Assembly: GCA_040357565.1 (NCBI GenBank)
Contig: JBDODJ010000052.1
Strand: one strand, 5' to 3'
Length of the DNA: 64,000 nt
Origin: Cercozoa sp. M6MM
Taxonomy: Eukaryota > Protista > Endomyxa: Ascetosporea
This document shows, piece by piece, positions 42,401 to 55,900 of this stretch. The translations under genes and the position numbers were made by a program. Within the stretch, counting starts at the first letter, position 1; the number at the start of each line of letters is the position of its first letter. Under the pieces are notes generated by a model, which saw only the letters and a list, made by a program, of their open reading frames with translations, did not search any database and was not told the origin of the DNA.

Positions 42401-44932
42401 GCGCATGCGACTGCTGGCGTCGCGTGTGCGCGAATCGCACAGAGCACAGTGTACTCGCCCCTTCCAGACATATCTGTATCTATGCATATATTTATATATA
42501 TATATATCTTTATTATAATATATGTTTATATTTATATATATTTATATAATATATGTTTATATTTGTATATTTATATATTTCTATGTATTTATATTTATAT
42601 ATATATAGATGTATATGTATGCATGCATGTGTCCAGTACACGACGATGCCGTGCACCTGCGAATCCACCGTGATCGCTTGTTCGCCGATGCACATGCACA
42701 GGTACGCACTCTGGTGAAGGTATGCGTAAGAGTAACTTGTGTGCTGATAGATTCTGCGACTGAACGACATTGCACTTAAAGCGCGTTGGCGTGTCGTTTT
42801 CGTTGATCAGTTCGGACGACAAGAAGTGGGTACATTTTGGCTGTTCTAAGTTTACGCTAAAACTGCGTCTGTCCCTGCGTTAAATGGACGAATGGAGCAG
42901 GTATTGATGGCGGCGGTCTTTACAAGGAGTTTCTGGCCGAGTTTTTCGAGCGCGTGTTCGACCCGCGACACGGCCTGTTCCGCAGCACGAGCAATGTATC
43001 TGCTCACCATACTGCCCTACCTGCTTTAAGCGTTACTATGTGTACAGGGCGACTTGTACCCATCACCGGCGGCGTACCTGGGCAATGTTGGCAACGAAAG
43101 CACAGTGGAGGAACACTTCGAACTGATCGGCATCGTCATGGGCAGAGCACTCTTCGACGGCGTCACAATGGCGGCGCGTTTCTCGCCTTCCTTCCTGCGT
43201 CTCATCATCAACGCTGTCATCACTGGTGCGAACACATTGTCTGTGTGTTGTCTACCTGGTCATGTGTCTGTGTGTGTTTGTCTACCTGGTCATGTGTCTG
43301 TGTGTGTCTTCTGACGAAATGACTGCAGGTGTTACCGCCTTTGTGATGGAGGACGAAGACAGCGAAAGCGAAAGCGAAGGCGAGAGTGACGAAGAGAGTG
43401 AGGACAGTGAGAGCGATCACTACGAGAACGACGATGACAGTGATGAAGAGAGTGACGACGAGGACGGCGACTTGAAACGTGCCACCGATATGGCCGTGTG
43501 CCTGCCTGCCATGCTGTCTGAACTGGAAGGTACCACTACCCACGTTGTTTGCCCATATAATATATATATATATGCATGTGTACATATATGTATATGTCGG
43601 TTGTTATGCTTGTGATGTTAGCATTCGACTCGGCTTTGTACCGCGGGTTGTGCGCTCTGCGCGATGCCTCGCCTGAGCAGGTGTGTCGCGTTTGTCCCAT
43701 GTATGTACAGTACTCGTCTATTTCAGAACGCTTTGCTTGTAGTTCGGACTCATTCTGGGCGACGATGCCTACTTCACAGCGCAGGTAAGCAGTCATAGTC
43801 CTCGTGCACACGTAGTTATCTGCACACACACACACACACACACCTGGACAGGTATCAGAACTAGGCGTCATGCGGGAGGTACCGCTGTGCCGAGGTGGTG
43901 CGAAACGCCGCGTGACGCACCGCAACCGTCTGCAGTACATCGTACGATACCCTGCGTTATGTCGTTGCTGTTTCGATTGTTTCTTGAGAGTACTTTCATT
44001 GTTTAACAGATGCAACTCACGCAGTTCCGTCTGCGAACGCAGCAGGAACAACAGACGCGTGCACTGGTTCATTTCCTCCCTTCTTATTTGTCTGGGCGGT
44101 GTTTGCCGTGTCAATAAGTGTGTATGGCAAGTGCTGTGCGTGACAGGTGACAGGCCTGCTGCGTGTACTACCAGTGCGCTGGCTGCGCTTGTTTTCGCCA
44201 GACGAGTTGCAACATTTGCTCTGCGGACACGATGGTGTGTTTTCCTTTCGTCATACGGATTATTCCTACTCGTGCGCACAGATTTTGACGTGGCGGAACT
44301 TCGTGCTGCGGCACATACGAACATCGTAGGCGACACTGCACGTGGTTCCCAGGTCATCCAGTGGTTCTGGGACATCCTCTTTGGTACACGCACAAACTTT
44401 CCCTGTTTGTTACTCAGTACAATACACATAAGTGTATACATATATATATTATATGTATAAATTTTACATTGCAGAAATGACGGCCAAGGAACGAAGTCAG
44501 CTGCTTCGATTTGCAACGTACCCTTATTGCATCCTTAAGTACATACATACTCGTTCCCTACACTCCTGTGTTTTACCTAGTTCGTCACCACGAGCGCCGT
44601 TGCTCGGTTTCGATGCTCTGCGGCCACGCTTTGCCGTTGCTGTCAAGTATGTGAAACACCCCCGCATGTCAACGCGAGCCTCTTCCGCGACAAATTGGGT
44701 GTGTTTGTGCAGCACGAATGGAGACCCGGATGCGCTTCCGACCGCCGCTACGTACCGTGTTTTACATGGTCCAGTACCATTGGAAGCCAAGTGTGGTTTC
44801 TTGATTTGTTGTGCATCCTTGGGTTATAGGTGCGTTAACATGCTTCGTCTCCCTCCTTCACATACTCGCGCCTCACTCGAACGAGCCTTGCGCCAGGCGC
44901 TGGAGCATGCCACCGGCTTCGGTCTGAGCTGA
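39445..44932 (+). CDS. IQ-motif HECT E3 ubiquitin ligase, UBE3C/UBE3B (Hul5-like) family
   Basis: N-terminal FDG..RR..NLGG and IQ motif AALKIQRSFRAHRARR. HECT: GIDGGGLYKEFLAEFFERVFDPRHGLF, LFSPDELQHLLCG, VIQWFWDIL, ERSQLLRFAT, RAPLLGF, LPTAATCVNMLRLP (catalytic Cys), GFGLS*. Confidence 0.93.
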
Positions 44933-44956
44933 GTTTTAATGCCTCCTCAGTTTCGG

Positions 44957-45020
44957 CCAGCGCGAAGCTTGTACACCAGCGCGAAGCTTGTACACCAGCG
45001 CGAAGCTTGTACACCAGCGC
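44957..45020. repeat. Three perfect copies plus a partial copy of 19-bp CCAGCGCGAAGCTTGTACA
   Basis: Directly visible, about 25 nt after the HECT stop codon. Confidence 0.95.
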
Positions 45021-45134
45021 AGAAGAAACTAGTCCGGCAGTAAAAAAGTATAGCAATCACTCAAAACGGCCCAGGAGAACTTCAACGTATTTAAAACCTG
45101 CTAGAGTTGCCAAAAAACCCGCTAGAGCTGCCCG

Positions 45135-47395
45135 ATGGGCTTTTTGTCGCGCATCTTCGGGCGGATCGACTTTGAGGGGTGCAATAATCGTTGTTTTGGA
45201 TTCTAGCTTGGGTGTTATAATTTGGTGTTTGCACAGTGCGGTGAGTGCGATTACCGCGGATGATACTCGCACCTTGAGAGCGTGTCGGCATTGGGCTGAC
45301 GATGAGAAGTGGTTCGAACAAAGCTCTGCGGCAGCGAGTCGCTCGACTGTGCTTCATTTCGCCTGTGCGATGGGACGGCGGGAATGCTTAAACGTCTTGC
45401 TGTCTTATTGTCCGCCAGCCTTGCTGGCGAAGCGAGATTCAAGAGGACGGAACGTTCTCGTTGTTGCCATTCAGGTATAGCACTGGTCCCTGCATTAATG
45501 TAGGTTCCATTTTACTATTTTGGCTCAGCAACAACACCATGAGTGTGTGGAGACGCTGTTGCGGTATGTGCGGGACCACGAGGGTGCGTTTGAGTGTCTC
45601 ATGCAACAAGACACCCTGCGCTGCTCTGTGTTCCACCATGCTGCAGAATTCGGTATTTCCTCCTGTTTCCAGTGCTTTGCTCCTATGAGCACAGTGATTT
45701 TCAGGCAATGCCGAGGTGTACGCACTTCTCTCGAAAACGTGCGACGCCTGTCTGGGTAGCCTGTTATGTCAGTGCTTAAAATGTTCTGGAAAGTGCTGTA
45801 AACTAGAAAACGATTGGGCGGCACGGCTTCTGCTTACGGAAAGCGCGGTCTGCTATTTTTTGTACTGGTGTCTCAGATTTTTACTGGTCAAACACAGGAG
45901 ACGCTGAGCCCGCTACTTCGGGCACTCCTGACCAACGCGCCTGTGTACCTGTCCATGCTGCGCACTCTGGGTATCGAGAGCAACGATATCGAACAAGTCC
46001 GCGCTCTCATTAGTCGCGTATCTTTTCCTTCAGGTTTAGTGCCTCTCTGTTGGAACGTTTGGAGCGTTTGAATGTTCACAGGAGCAAGTGACGCGAAAGC
46101 TCAATGTGCTGCTTTCGAAGGGTACGGCCGAGTCTCTGGCCTTGTGCACTGCAATGTACGACGACGTTCTTGACGGCGTGCTGCAAGGCATGCGTTGTTT
46201 TTCCAAGAATGACCCTCTGGTAGGATGCACACACGCACGTCTATATGTTGTGTATGCAAGATGGTGCACCTTTTGTGTTAAAAGGAACGGGTCATGAGGA
46301 GACTGGCACGAAACAGCTCGACCAGGGAAGACTTTCTTTTTCTCCAAGCGTGTTTGCGACATGAAATTCCGCGTGTCTCTCATGTATAATTTCAGTCTAT
46401 TTTTCATGTTGTTTGTGCCCTATTAGATGCGGTGTTGACGAGTAGGACAAGTTTTGCTCGTTCGTGCCGGCGGTGCAGATGTGCCTCTCAGGCCAGCTTC
46501 TGTGCTGCGGAGTCGAAGCGATGCGCGTGCTGTGCGATGCCATGTACGAAGCGGATGTGCCGCTGTCTTGGTGCCTCAACGCGCTCGCTATCGGCGCTTT
46601 CATGACCAGGTAAACAACGCTGCCTTGCGTGTTTGTACAGGTGTATTAAAGAAGCAGTGATCAAGAACAACATGAGAGGGGCATGTGTGTGCTGCACGAG
46701 TTGCTGTCACACCCGATTGCGCGACACTTGATCGACAGCCCTGAGAGCTCTGATGAAGCTGAAGTTGACCCTGTTGGTTCCTATCTTTCAAGGTGGCTTT
46801 AGCTTTAATTTTTAACTCAAGTTGGGTTTTTTCAACGTGTACTTTTTCAACAGGATTGTCAACAACAACATCGGAAATTTTGAGCAACGGAGACAGGCTA
46901 TTGCCGACCTGTTCGCTCGTTTCCGTACTCTCCCTATTCTTCTGAGGCACCACATTCGATTATTCATATGCTGTTGGGTTTTGAGTGTAGATTGGCTTTG
47001 CAGTTCGCTCACCATCAAAGACTTTGATGCCGAAAATACCGAAAGAAATGATGCTCTGTGCATGGATACACAACGTGCCGTTCAACAGATTTGTGAGGAA
47101 GCGTCGGACGCGTTGTCATCATGTAAGTTGGGCCACATTTTAATTTTACATTTTGCCTGGATCCTTATTTTATGCCAGACCTCGTCGAGGACTGCGTGGC
47201 TACCGTGCTTGCCTTTTGCGTTGACACCACTGTGCATCGCACCGAGTCTTGACGGTGCAGTGTTATTTTAGCCAAGCCAGCTGTTGCGCTGCGACACTAA
47301 CTTTATGCACACCAGTTGCATCGAATGGCGATGATGAGCGGCACACGACCGCACAGCCGGCCTGCCCGTGCCGCGCTTTTACTGTGATAGGCTAG
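45135..47395 (+). CDS. Ankyrin-repeat protein (3' end approximate)
   Basis: MGFLSRIFG start; ankyrin repeats STVLHFACAMGRRECLNVLL..KRDSRGRNVLVVAIQ..HHECVETLL..QDTLRCSVFHHAAEFG. Confidence 0.7.
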
Positions 47396-47412
47396 CTAGC
47401 GTAGCTTTAAAG

Positions 47413-47945
47413 TTACTTCAGAATGGAAGAAAGCCGCGCGTATGCAATGCATGCGATGCTAGACGTACAACTGTTCGCTGTCATTGACGCCGATGTCGGG
47501 CGTCTCCGAGTGCAGTTCGACTGGGCCATTGACAGACGAGCTGGCAGAATCGTGCCCGACCAAATCAGAACGCGTTTCATTGGGCACATCCACTGCCACA
47601 AAATAGACAGAATACAGACGCTACAGACGTGTTTGTCCAGGAGAAAGTACGGGCTGGCACAGCATATCGATCGGCACGCCGTTCCTCGGGCAGCAAAAAC
47701 ATCGAAAGGATGTCACCCAGGGTAAACACGCCAAGCAAGTGGTCATTGGCATCGACAATGTAACCCGTATGCCGCCGCGCATTGATCATCGTTTTAAACA
47801 CAACTAAACGCACATAAGTAATGTTCAATAATTGCGTACGGGCAGAAGTACCATCAAGCGAGTTGTTAACAGTAAAGATTGGCAGCATATCACGACTGTG
47901 CTGCAGCATCGACAGCACTGTCAAGCCACAGGCGTATGCATGCAC

Positions 47946-47995
<50 letters not shown>

Positions 47996-48000
47996 CACAC

Positions 48001-48038
<38 letters not shown>

Positions 48039-49735
48039 AGAAGACACAAAGAACTCATCCTACCAGGGCGATCCAACTGTAGGTACTGACGCGAGACAGC
48101 CATGTTGCGCACATCGCTTCTAGTGAAGGCGTTCAGCAGCTTGCCTGTTCTACAGGTACCAAAGTATGCAGTATGGACAATGGCCAAGGGGAGGCAGTAT
48201 ACTCATCAACGATCGGCACTGTGGGGATCCTGTGGTCGGCCAACTACACACATGGCATGCGAAGCACAAGGCACCCGCGAGCGAAAGCTGGATGTACCAG
48301 TCCGAGCACATCAACGACGCGCGCAGCCGGCGGGGCCTGGATCAAGTCGTCGGCAGTGGTGCCCATTTCTACCAGCACGCACGCATGGGTGCCCATGTTC
48401 GCCATCGAAACATGGTGGAAGTACCGAGTGCGTGCAAAGGCAGCTCGAGCAACTCCTGGAAGTCCGACAGTCGGTTCATGAGCATCCACAACACTCTCTG
48501 CGTACACACTATAACATCAGAGAATAACTGGACTGTATGAACGTATGTTAGCTACATGGTGCGACAGCAGACACAGCACGGAAGAGTCCTCGCATGACAC
48601 CACTGGCAGTCGGTGGATGTGGTGCTGTGCACACATTCACAAATGCATGCCATCCGTATCCTTACACTTGCATAGCTCAAACAAGTAGGCATCTACCTGG
48701 TGCAGCAAGCGGACGCCGTGCAGCACCGAGTCAGACGGAGCAATGCACAGAAGGTTGCGCATCGAGCGGCCCTGCTTCTCCTTGATGTCACTCCACTCGC
48801 TAATCCGTTGCTCTTCAAGAGAGACCTGTGAGGGAGGGGGCAAGATAGAGTAACAATTATGAAGAAAGGTACAAGGTGGGTGGGCGGAAAAGGGTACAAT
48901 ACCGGAATGGCAGCGGCAGCAGCAGCAGCGGCCGCAGCACTCAGTTGCTCGAGTCTCGGACGACTGCGACGACCGGCGGCGACACTGTCACTAGACTTTA
49001 TCTCTTCGGCACCACGGGCCTCCTCAATATCTGAAGGTTCGGTATCAATGGCAGCATTGTCACTTCGCGTGTGCGAGTGAGACACGGTTTGCCGACGTCG
49101 CGTCGCCGAACTGGTACTCTGCGAGGGCGCTAGCACCGCCTGTGCCAGATAACATACACAAGTATACACATATGTATAGAAATTAAAGTATAAACAAAGC
49201 AAGCACCTGCTCATTCTGAGCTTGCCGCGCATAGTACACTAGCACATCGACAAAATCCGTCACCGTACTGTAGACACATGACAAGCACATGAAACACACC
49301 AGATAACCCCAAGGCAGTAGAGACACGGGTACAGCATGCCTGCGTAGTCTTGCTTCTCATTGTCCCACCTGGAGAACACGTCCACACTTAGGAATCCAAT
49401 ACAATTCACACAGATTTGGTGTACACGACGGCAGACTTGATGTCGTGCTCGACGAGGCCACGAAAGGCGTATTTCATTTTGAGACTCCGGTCAAACACGA
49501 CCTGTGGAATTAGGCACACTCCAGCTCACTAAATATAAGAAATATCACCAACAGCTACCACTTTCGATGAGGGCGGCATCAACGAAAACGCCGTGCTCTG
49601 CGCCAAGCAGCGCCGGCCTGCAAAAAAAAACGCCAGTTCGACCGCAAAGAAGCAAAACCCTTCTCGAGGAAATTAACCTTGTCGGATAAGCTGCTGCAGC
49701 AGCTCTGCTTCGAAGCTCTTGCGTGTTTCCATCAT
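47413..49735 (-). CDS. AMP-activated protein kinase gamma subunit (SNF4/PRKAG-like, CBS domains); 3' end approximate
   Basis: FSLMPPSSKVVVFDRSLKMKYAFRGLVEHDIKSAVVWDNEKQDYAGMLTVTDFVDVL, LEEQRISEW, HIHRLPVV, GKLLNAFTRSDV, IVDANDHLLGVFTLGDIL. These follow the AMPK-gamma CBS1-4 order. Confidence 0.85.
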
Positions 49736-49887
49736 GTTCCCACACACTTGCACTGTCTTACGGTCTGTGCAGTTGTCAAATATACTGTTTAAAAATCAAT
49801 CAACGATGGCCGATCAGCGATCAGCCGTCCGTGGCGGGTGAAGCGCGCACCCCCGCGAGTTCGACGCAATGCCGGTTTGGAACTACC

Positions 49888-51665
49888 ATGAAGCCACTCG
49901 CCGTGTTTTTTGGTGCTTTAGGAGCGCTCTTAGCAGCAATCGCGCTAACTTGGCACAAACCGACTGGTACGCAGCGAATGAATGAATGTTGGGTGCGACA
50001 TGTGTATCTATGTGATGTATACATATCTAAATGTACGTATCTATGCATTTAGGTATTATGTATTTCTCTTTACGTTTATCGTTGCAATGTCTAATATATT
50101 GATACCTGGTACGAGCAGTGGTGGACCACAGAGATGATGCGACGGAACTGGCTCTGCTGCGAGATATGGCACTGGATGCGCAAAACCAAGAGTGCTCGCC
50201 CCAGGCCAATCCTAGACTGAACTTTGCTCGCCCCAGACCTCCGCTGTTTTTTGGTAAAGCTGCCTGGGGTTGGGTGTGTATATTTTGAGAAAGGAATGTC
50301 GTGAATAGAGGCAGATCATCAAGTGGAGCACTTGGTTTTTGAGGGTGGCGGGGCTCGGGCTCTCTCTTACTGTATCAGTTGGACCTCACTGAAAGCTGTT
50401 TCCTCTGATTCGTTGTCTGGTCTGTCTACAGTAGGAGCACTGCAGACACTCGAAGACCTTCCGCATTCCACGTTCTTACTCGACAAGGTGTGTCTGCATT
50501 GCTTTGTGGCACCTAACTCAGGGGGTATTAACGTGTCGACGATTTCAGTCCTTTTGTGGTAGATCCATTCGGTCGCTGGATCTTCTGCAGGGAGCGTGAT
50601 CGCACTGGGAACCGCCGTGGGTACCGTTGCTTTTAACATCTGCCATAGGCATATTAATGTCCGCGCTCGTTGAATCAACAGGCTGCAAGCCTCATTCGTT
50701 GTTGAACACAATTCGAGTGCATGTACGCTATGCTGCATTGGCTTGCTTGTTGTGTTTTTATGTAGTGTCTGGACAGTTTCGACGTCTGCAACGCGAGGAT
50801 TTCGACTGGTCCTTCCCGGAGTCGGTTGTGAGGTGGCCACGTCGAGTGTACTCGATGATTAACCACGGTACACCGAGCAGTTCAACAAGTTGATGTGTGT
50901 AAGTAAGCATATGGGAGTCAAACTGCAGGCTCGGTCAACGACGGCGACACGCTGATGCAAGTGACGCAGGATATCGTACGATGCGGTGGTCTGCCGGCAA
51001 ACGCAACGTTCGGCGACTTGTACCAGCAACGCGGCATTACCCTCGTCGTCACTGGTGTGCTCAGTTGGTTTGTTGCAGAGTAAAATATCTTCTGCACTCT
51101 TTCTCAAGTAGCTACGGAACTGTCGACCTTGAAAGTGCGCTACTTTTCGCCAACGACATCGCCCGATGTTGCGCTTGGTATCGATAGTATGCTGCTGTGC
51201 GTTTTCCGATTGTGTCGATGCTTGTCGGGTCCAGCCGACGCTGTGGTGGCCTCGCAGTCGATTCCATTCGTTTTCGCTCCAAAACGCATTGGCAGGCAAC
51301 TGTATATCGATGGGGTAAATTACACAAGACACAAAACCAGAAACAAAAGGCTTTCGATGTCGTGCATTCACTGTTGTGCAGGGAATTGGACATCAGTTTC
51401 CGCTGGCTCTCTTTGATGGCAGCATCGAGTCGCACACCATTGTACATCCAATTCTCTGTGTGAATGCACCTGAGCAAATAATTTGTGCAGGAGGATAGGA
51501 GAACACACCCGTCCACACTCGGGTTTCTGCTTGTCGACAGCGATGTCGAAGTTGTCGACTTTGACTCGACGCAGGTGACGCTAAAACCAAAGGAACCACC
51601 AGCACACCTACCCAGTGGTTTGGAACAATTTCTCTCATACATTAATGCACCGAGGTGTCACCTTG

Positions 51666-51713
<48 letters not shown>

Positions 51714-51723
51714 NNNNNNNNNN

Positions 51724-51776
<53 letters not shown>

Positions 51777-52275
51777 ATTCGACGTGGATGGGAGCTTCGG
51801 ACGTGCTAGGCCAGTCCGTTATTTTCCTTTGCTCATGGATTATGCACAAATGTCTCTAAAGTGATACGTGATAACACTGTAGACTAGTGAACCTGTGGCA
51901 AGGCTCACTTGAGAACATGCAGGCTCAGGCGTTGTACCCGTCTGCTGAAGCGTACCACTGCTCTGCCGTGCTTACAAATAGGAGGTACAGCGAGTTGTTC
52001 TCCTGAATTAGATTGTGGCGGCGAACGTTGGTTATGGAGGCGGGCGAGTACGAGTCGTTTGATTTCGCACTCGATGATGACAAGCTGAATGCGATTGTGC
52101 AATTGGGTACATGCTTTCCTTTGTCATGAGTGAACCAAAATACTTGTTGTTCTTGCAACTCAGGCGCCCGCTCTGTGCTGGCCCAGTTGCAAGACACTTC
52201 AGTGTCAAGCGCGAGGTGTCGAGACAGGTTGAACCCGAAGAACGGAAGGTGACGAGCGCAACTACGAAATCTTAG
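49888..52275 (+). CDS. Patatin-like phospholipase with N-terminal signal peptide or anchor (3' end approximate)
   Basis: LVFEGGGARALSY (oxyanion loop), AGSSAGS (GxSxG nucleophile), VVASQSIPFVFAP, LYIDG/GIG (DGG across an intron). Hydrophobic N-terminus MKPLAVFFGALGALLAAIALTW. Confidence 0.88.
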
Positions 52276-52658
52276 GAGCGCAACTGCACGAAATCCTAAG
52301 ATGAACCGAATTGGATCGATGCCGTGACACGCATCTCGTCTTCGCTTGTCTGATTCGATTTGATCTAAAGCTATTTATCAATATTTCCCGATATTGGTAA
52401 ATTTATGCTACTGCACACTTTCAGTAGTTATTGCTCTTGCCCGTCCGCGTGGAGTCATAATCCATGTCTCAAACAAGTTTGAGACTGGTGACTCAGTGGA
52501 TTGCTATTGCTGTAGATCTTGCGGGACAGAGTCCTTGCCGAAGCAGAAAGCTCCGTCACGGCTTCAGCCTGGTCAGTTAGCTTATTGGCTGGTTTCCATT
52601 CCGCTCACTTCGTCGTGTGTTCACAGGTGGAGTTTTTCTTAAACGCACTGATACAACC

Positions 52659-52812
52659 AAGGACGTCTTCCTTCGATCGAGATCCAGTGGGATCATCTCG
52701 AGACCCAGTTCCGTTCTACACGTTGACTGAGTGACGACTTATCTAACTGAACGATTTATTTAGTCTCTCCTTTCCATTACTGCGCTGATAGGGCCATTGA
52801 GCCGCAGTAACA
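52659..52812 (-). repeat. Dispersed non-coding element, copy 2
   Basis: Its reverse complement aligns block by block with 34736-34887. Confidence 0.85.
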
Positions 52813-52914
52813 GGTATCAGCCCGAGTTACGGCGTGGTACATACGCGTAACAAACACAAATTAAAAACGATGGCCGGCGGGACAGAATGGCCGGCGGCCC
52901 GGCCTTGTCGTAGA

Positions 52915-55900
52915 TCACGACGTGTTTCCGCTGGCAGTGCCGGGTCGTGCGGGAGTAGGTGTCGAGGGCGCTCGTGCCGGCAATGACGGGTGCGATGCGT
53001 GCGACACAAGAGAGAGCACACTGACGTCGCTGATGTCACTGGAGACACTATCGCGACGTGCACGCCTGGCCGGTGTCGACAGTGACTGCTGCTGCTGTTG
53101 CTGCTGCAGCCGCTCGGAACGGCGGCGCAGGTCAGCGATCAGTCGCTCCTTGATGGCGGTGGGAGTCTCGCCGCTCTGCCGGGCGAGACGTGCCACGTGC
53201 ATGCGGAGTTCCTTCGGACCATGGCGTTTCAGCCACTCTGCAGCAGTCGAATGTATATTGCAAGAATGTATATGAGACGGAAAGGCTACGAGCCAGTTGA
53301 TGTCCTTGGCCGACGACGGTGAAGTTCTCGCTGCCATGCCACTTGATCGTGCACTTGCGCTCACCGAACCTGAAGACAGCTTCGTTGTCGTTTTTGTTGA
53401 CCTTGCTGCAGCAGAGAAACATCACAGCTCAAGTAAAGTTCAGCATGCATGACAAGAAGGAACATAGGGACGAGGTACTTGTCATCCGTGTTGTAGAGCA
53501 GCTTGAGTGGACACTCGATTTCAAGAAGCACCTCGGCGGCGTACTTCTTGACCGCGTCAAAGAGCGCCTTGTGGTGCTTGAACAGGCGGTGTTTCCTGCC
53601 GCCACTGGCGCTGCTTGTTGCGTTCGCCGACGACGACGAGAAACTCGGAGCACGTGCCGGAGTTATGGCGTCGGAAGGCCGTCGACCTCGTGTGCTACGA
53701 TGACCCGTACTAGCTGGTGGTGTCATCTACAACGGTACGGGTATAGTACAATGGTAAGATATTAATATATATATATATATATGTACATAATTTAGAGAGA
53801 GTGGGTACAGCAGACATGCGCCTCCTGATAGGACGAGGCGGCGACGTCGCGCTCAGCTGCTGCACGAGATCCTCGTTGCGCCGCTTTTGCAGCTCCAACT
53901 GTGCCGTCACTTCCTGCAGCTTCCCCTGCAGCCTCTCCTTGTCGGCACTCAGTCCTGGACACACGCCGCACGCACATGCACAGCACGCGCACGTTACCAG
54001 AAAAAGAGTACTCTGAGAGTCACGCCGTAGCTTCTGCAGCTGCTCAAAGTGGCCACTCGACGCAGTTGCGGTGGGTGCTTGTTCTGCAACATATACATAA
54101 CGATAATACATGCACATGTATGTCTATTCTCTCTCCACCTATCTAAACACAGAGAGACAGAGGTACCAGTCTCGACAGCCGGTGAGGAAGGCGCAGCCAC
54201 CGCCTGCAGCAGCATGCGCTTGTCGTCGGCGAGCGAGACGGTGACCGCATGGGCACGGTGCGCTTGTGCGCCCAGTGCACGCACGCGTCGCTGCAGTCGC
54301 TCCGTCTCGTTGACGACGCGCGTGAGCTGCCGCTCGGCCGTCTCATGTCGTCCGGTCGTGTTGCGCGACGACTCCAGCAGCACTTGGCGCAGACGTTCGC
54401 TCTGCTCCGATTGCAGCTCCAATTTCAACTCAGCCTGTGGTCATAACACAGGGGAGGGTACATAGTTTACGTATATATAGTTGACTCAAGCACAAAAACA
54501 GACACACCTGCTCAGCGCGACGTCGCTCGGACTCGAGTCGCTCCTGCATAGAGTTGAAGCGCTTGATGCTCACCTGCCGGCGAATCTGCAGACTGCGGCA
54601 CTTGAGATCGATCACATGTGCCTTGGCTTCCGTCAGCTGCTGCAGCTCGGCGAACTTTTGCTCCTGACCAAACCATATCGATCGATATACGTATCTCTTA
54701 TATATATACGTATAGATAGATACGGATATAGTATGTTGTACCAGACTCTGATTGAAGGTGTGCACACGCGCAGCGATACGATCGGCCGTGTCGTAGTCGG
54801 CGTGCCTACGTGCGAGTGCCTCGGCCTGCCACTGATCGGCCTCGGACAGAGCGTCGTCAAAGTCGCGCTGCAGTCGGTCGCACTGCTCGGCCAGGTCGTA
54901 GTTCTCATCCTGCACAATGCACACATACACAAACACACAGGCCCTAGCTTCTACGTTTTTCATGCAGAGTTACTACCTCGGTCTGCTCGATCTTACTGCG
55001 CATAAGACTGAGCATTTCGCCGTCTAAAACACAGACACACATCGCTGATTAGGTCGCTTTGTAGCAACAAGAAAAGTACGCTTCTGAAACTTGGCAGTCA
55101 ACTTCTCATTCTGCGCTTCCTTGGCCTAAAAATATGCACGTACATATAATACATATAGATACATGTATATGTGCGTATGTAGACATAGGAGAGACATACG
55201 GCATAGGCACGTCGAAGTCGCTGCACCTGGCTCTCCTGTCGGGCAGCCTGCTCGCGCAGCTTAGCGCACTCCTCGTTGGACAGCTTGGACTGCAGCAGCA
55301 GCGACTCGCGCTCCTCGTCGGCCAGTCGCTGGTCCTCTTGCAGACGCGCAACCTCCTCGCGCAGCACACGCAGCTCCTCGCTCTCCACAGAGACACTCGA
55401 GTCCGTCTGGGTCACACGCAGAAATCAAACAGAGACAGGAAGAGGCTACAGGCCAAGTACACGACTGGTACATAAGGCAAAAGCTACCGGCGTGCGGCTG
55501 TCGGCGTCAACTGAGACAGCAGCGGCGTCCTTGAGCTGCGAGTGACGCAAGCTGTCGCGGCGCCGGCGTAGTCGCTTCTGTAACACACACCAAGGCTGTA
55601 CCCAACCCTGCTAACTGTACAAACTTAAGAGTACCTCGGCTTGCTGCTCGCGCTCGACAGCATCGTGTTTCTCCTTGGTGGCCAGTTGCAGCAGTGCCTG
55701 CAGCTGCGTCTGCTCGTCCTGCGACTCGCTCAACTGACGGTTCGCAGCGTTGAGTTTCTGTCGCAGCGAACTCGACAGAACGCGCTCTGTCTCGAGATCA
55801 GTCGTGAGTGACTCGCGCACCGACTCGAGTTCAATGCGATCGCTTCTGGCGACAGCGAGCGACTTGAAGGCCAGTCGCACCGTGCTCCTCAGCTGTGCCA

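Noticed and set aside
44957-45020. Possible CRISPR-like array
   Set aside because: Direct tandem repeats without spacers, in a eukaryotic context with no cas genes.
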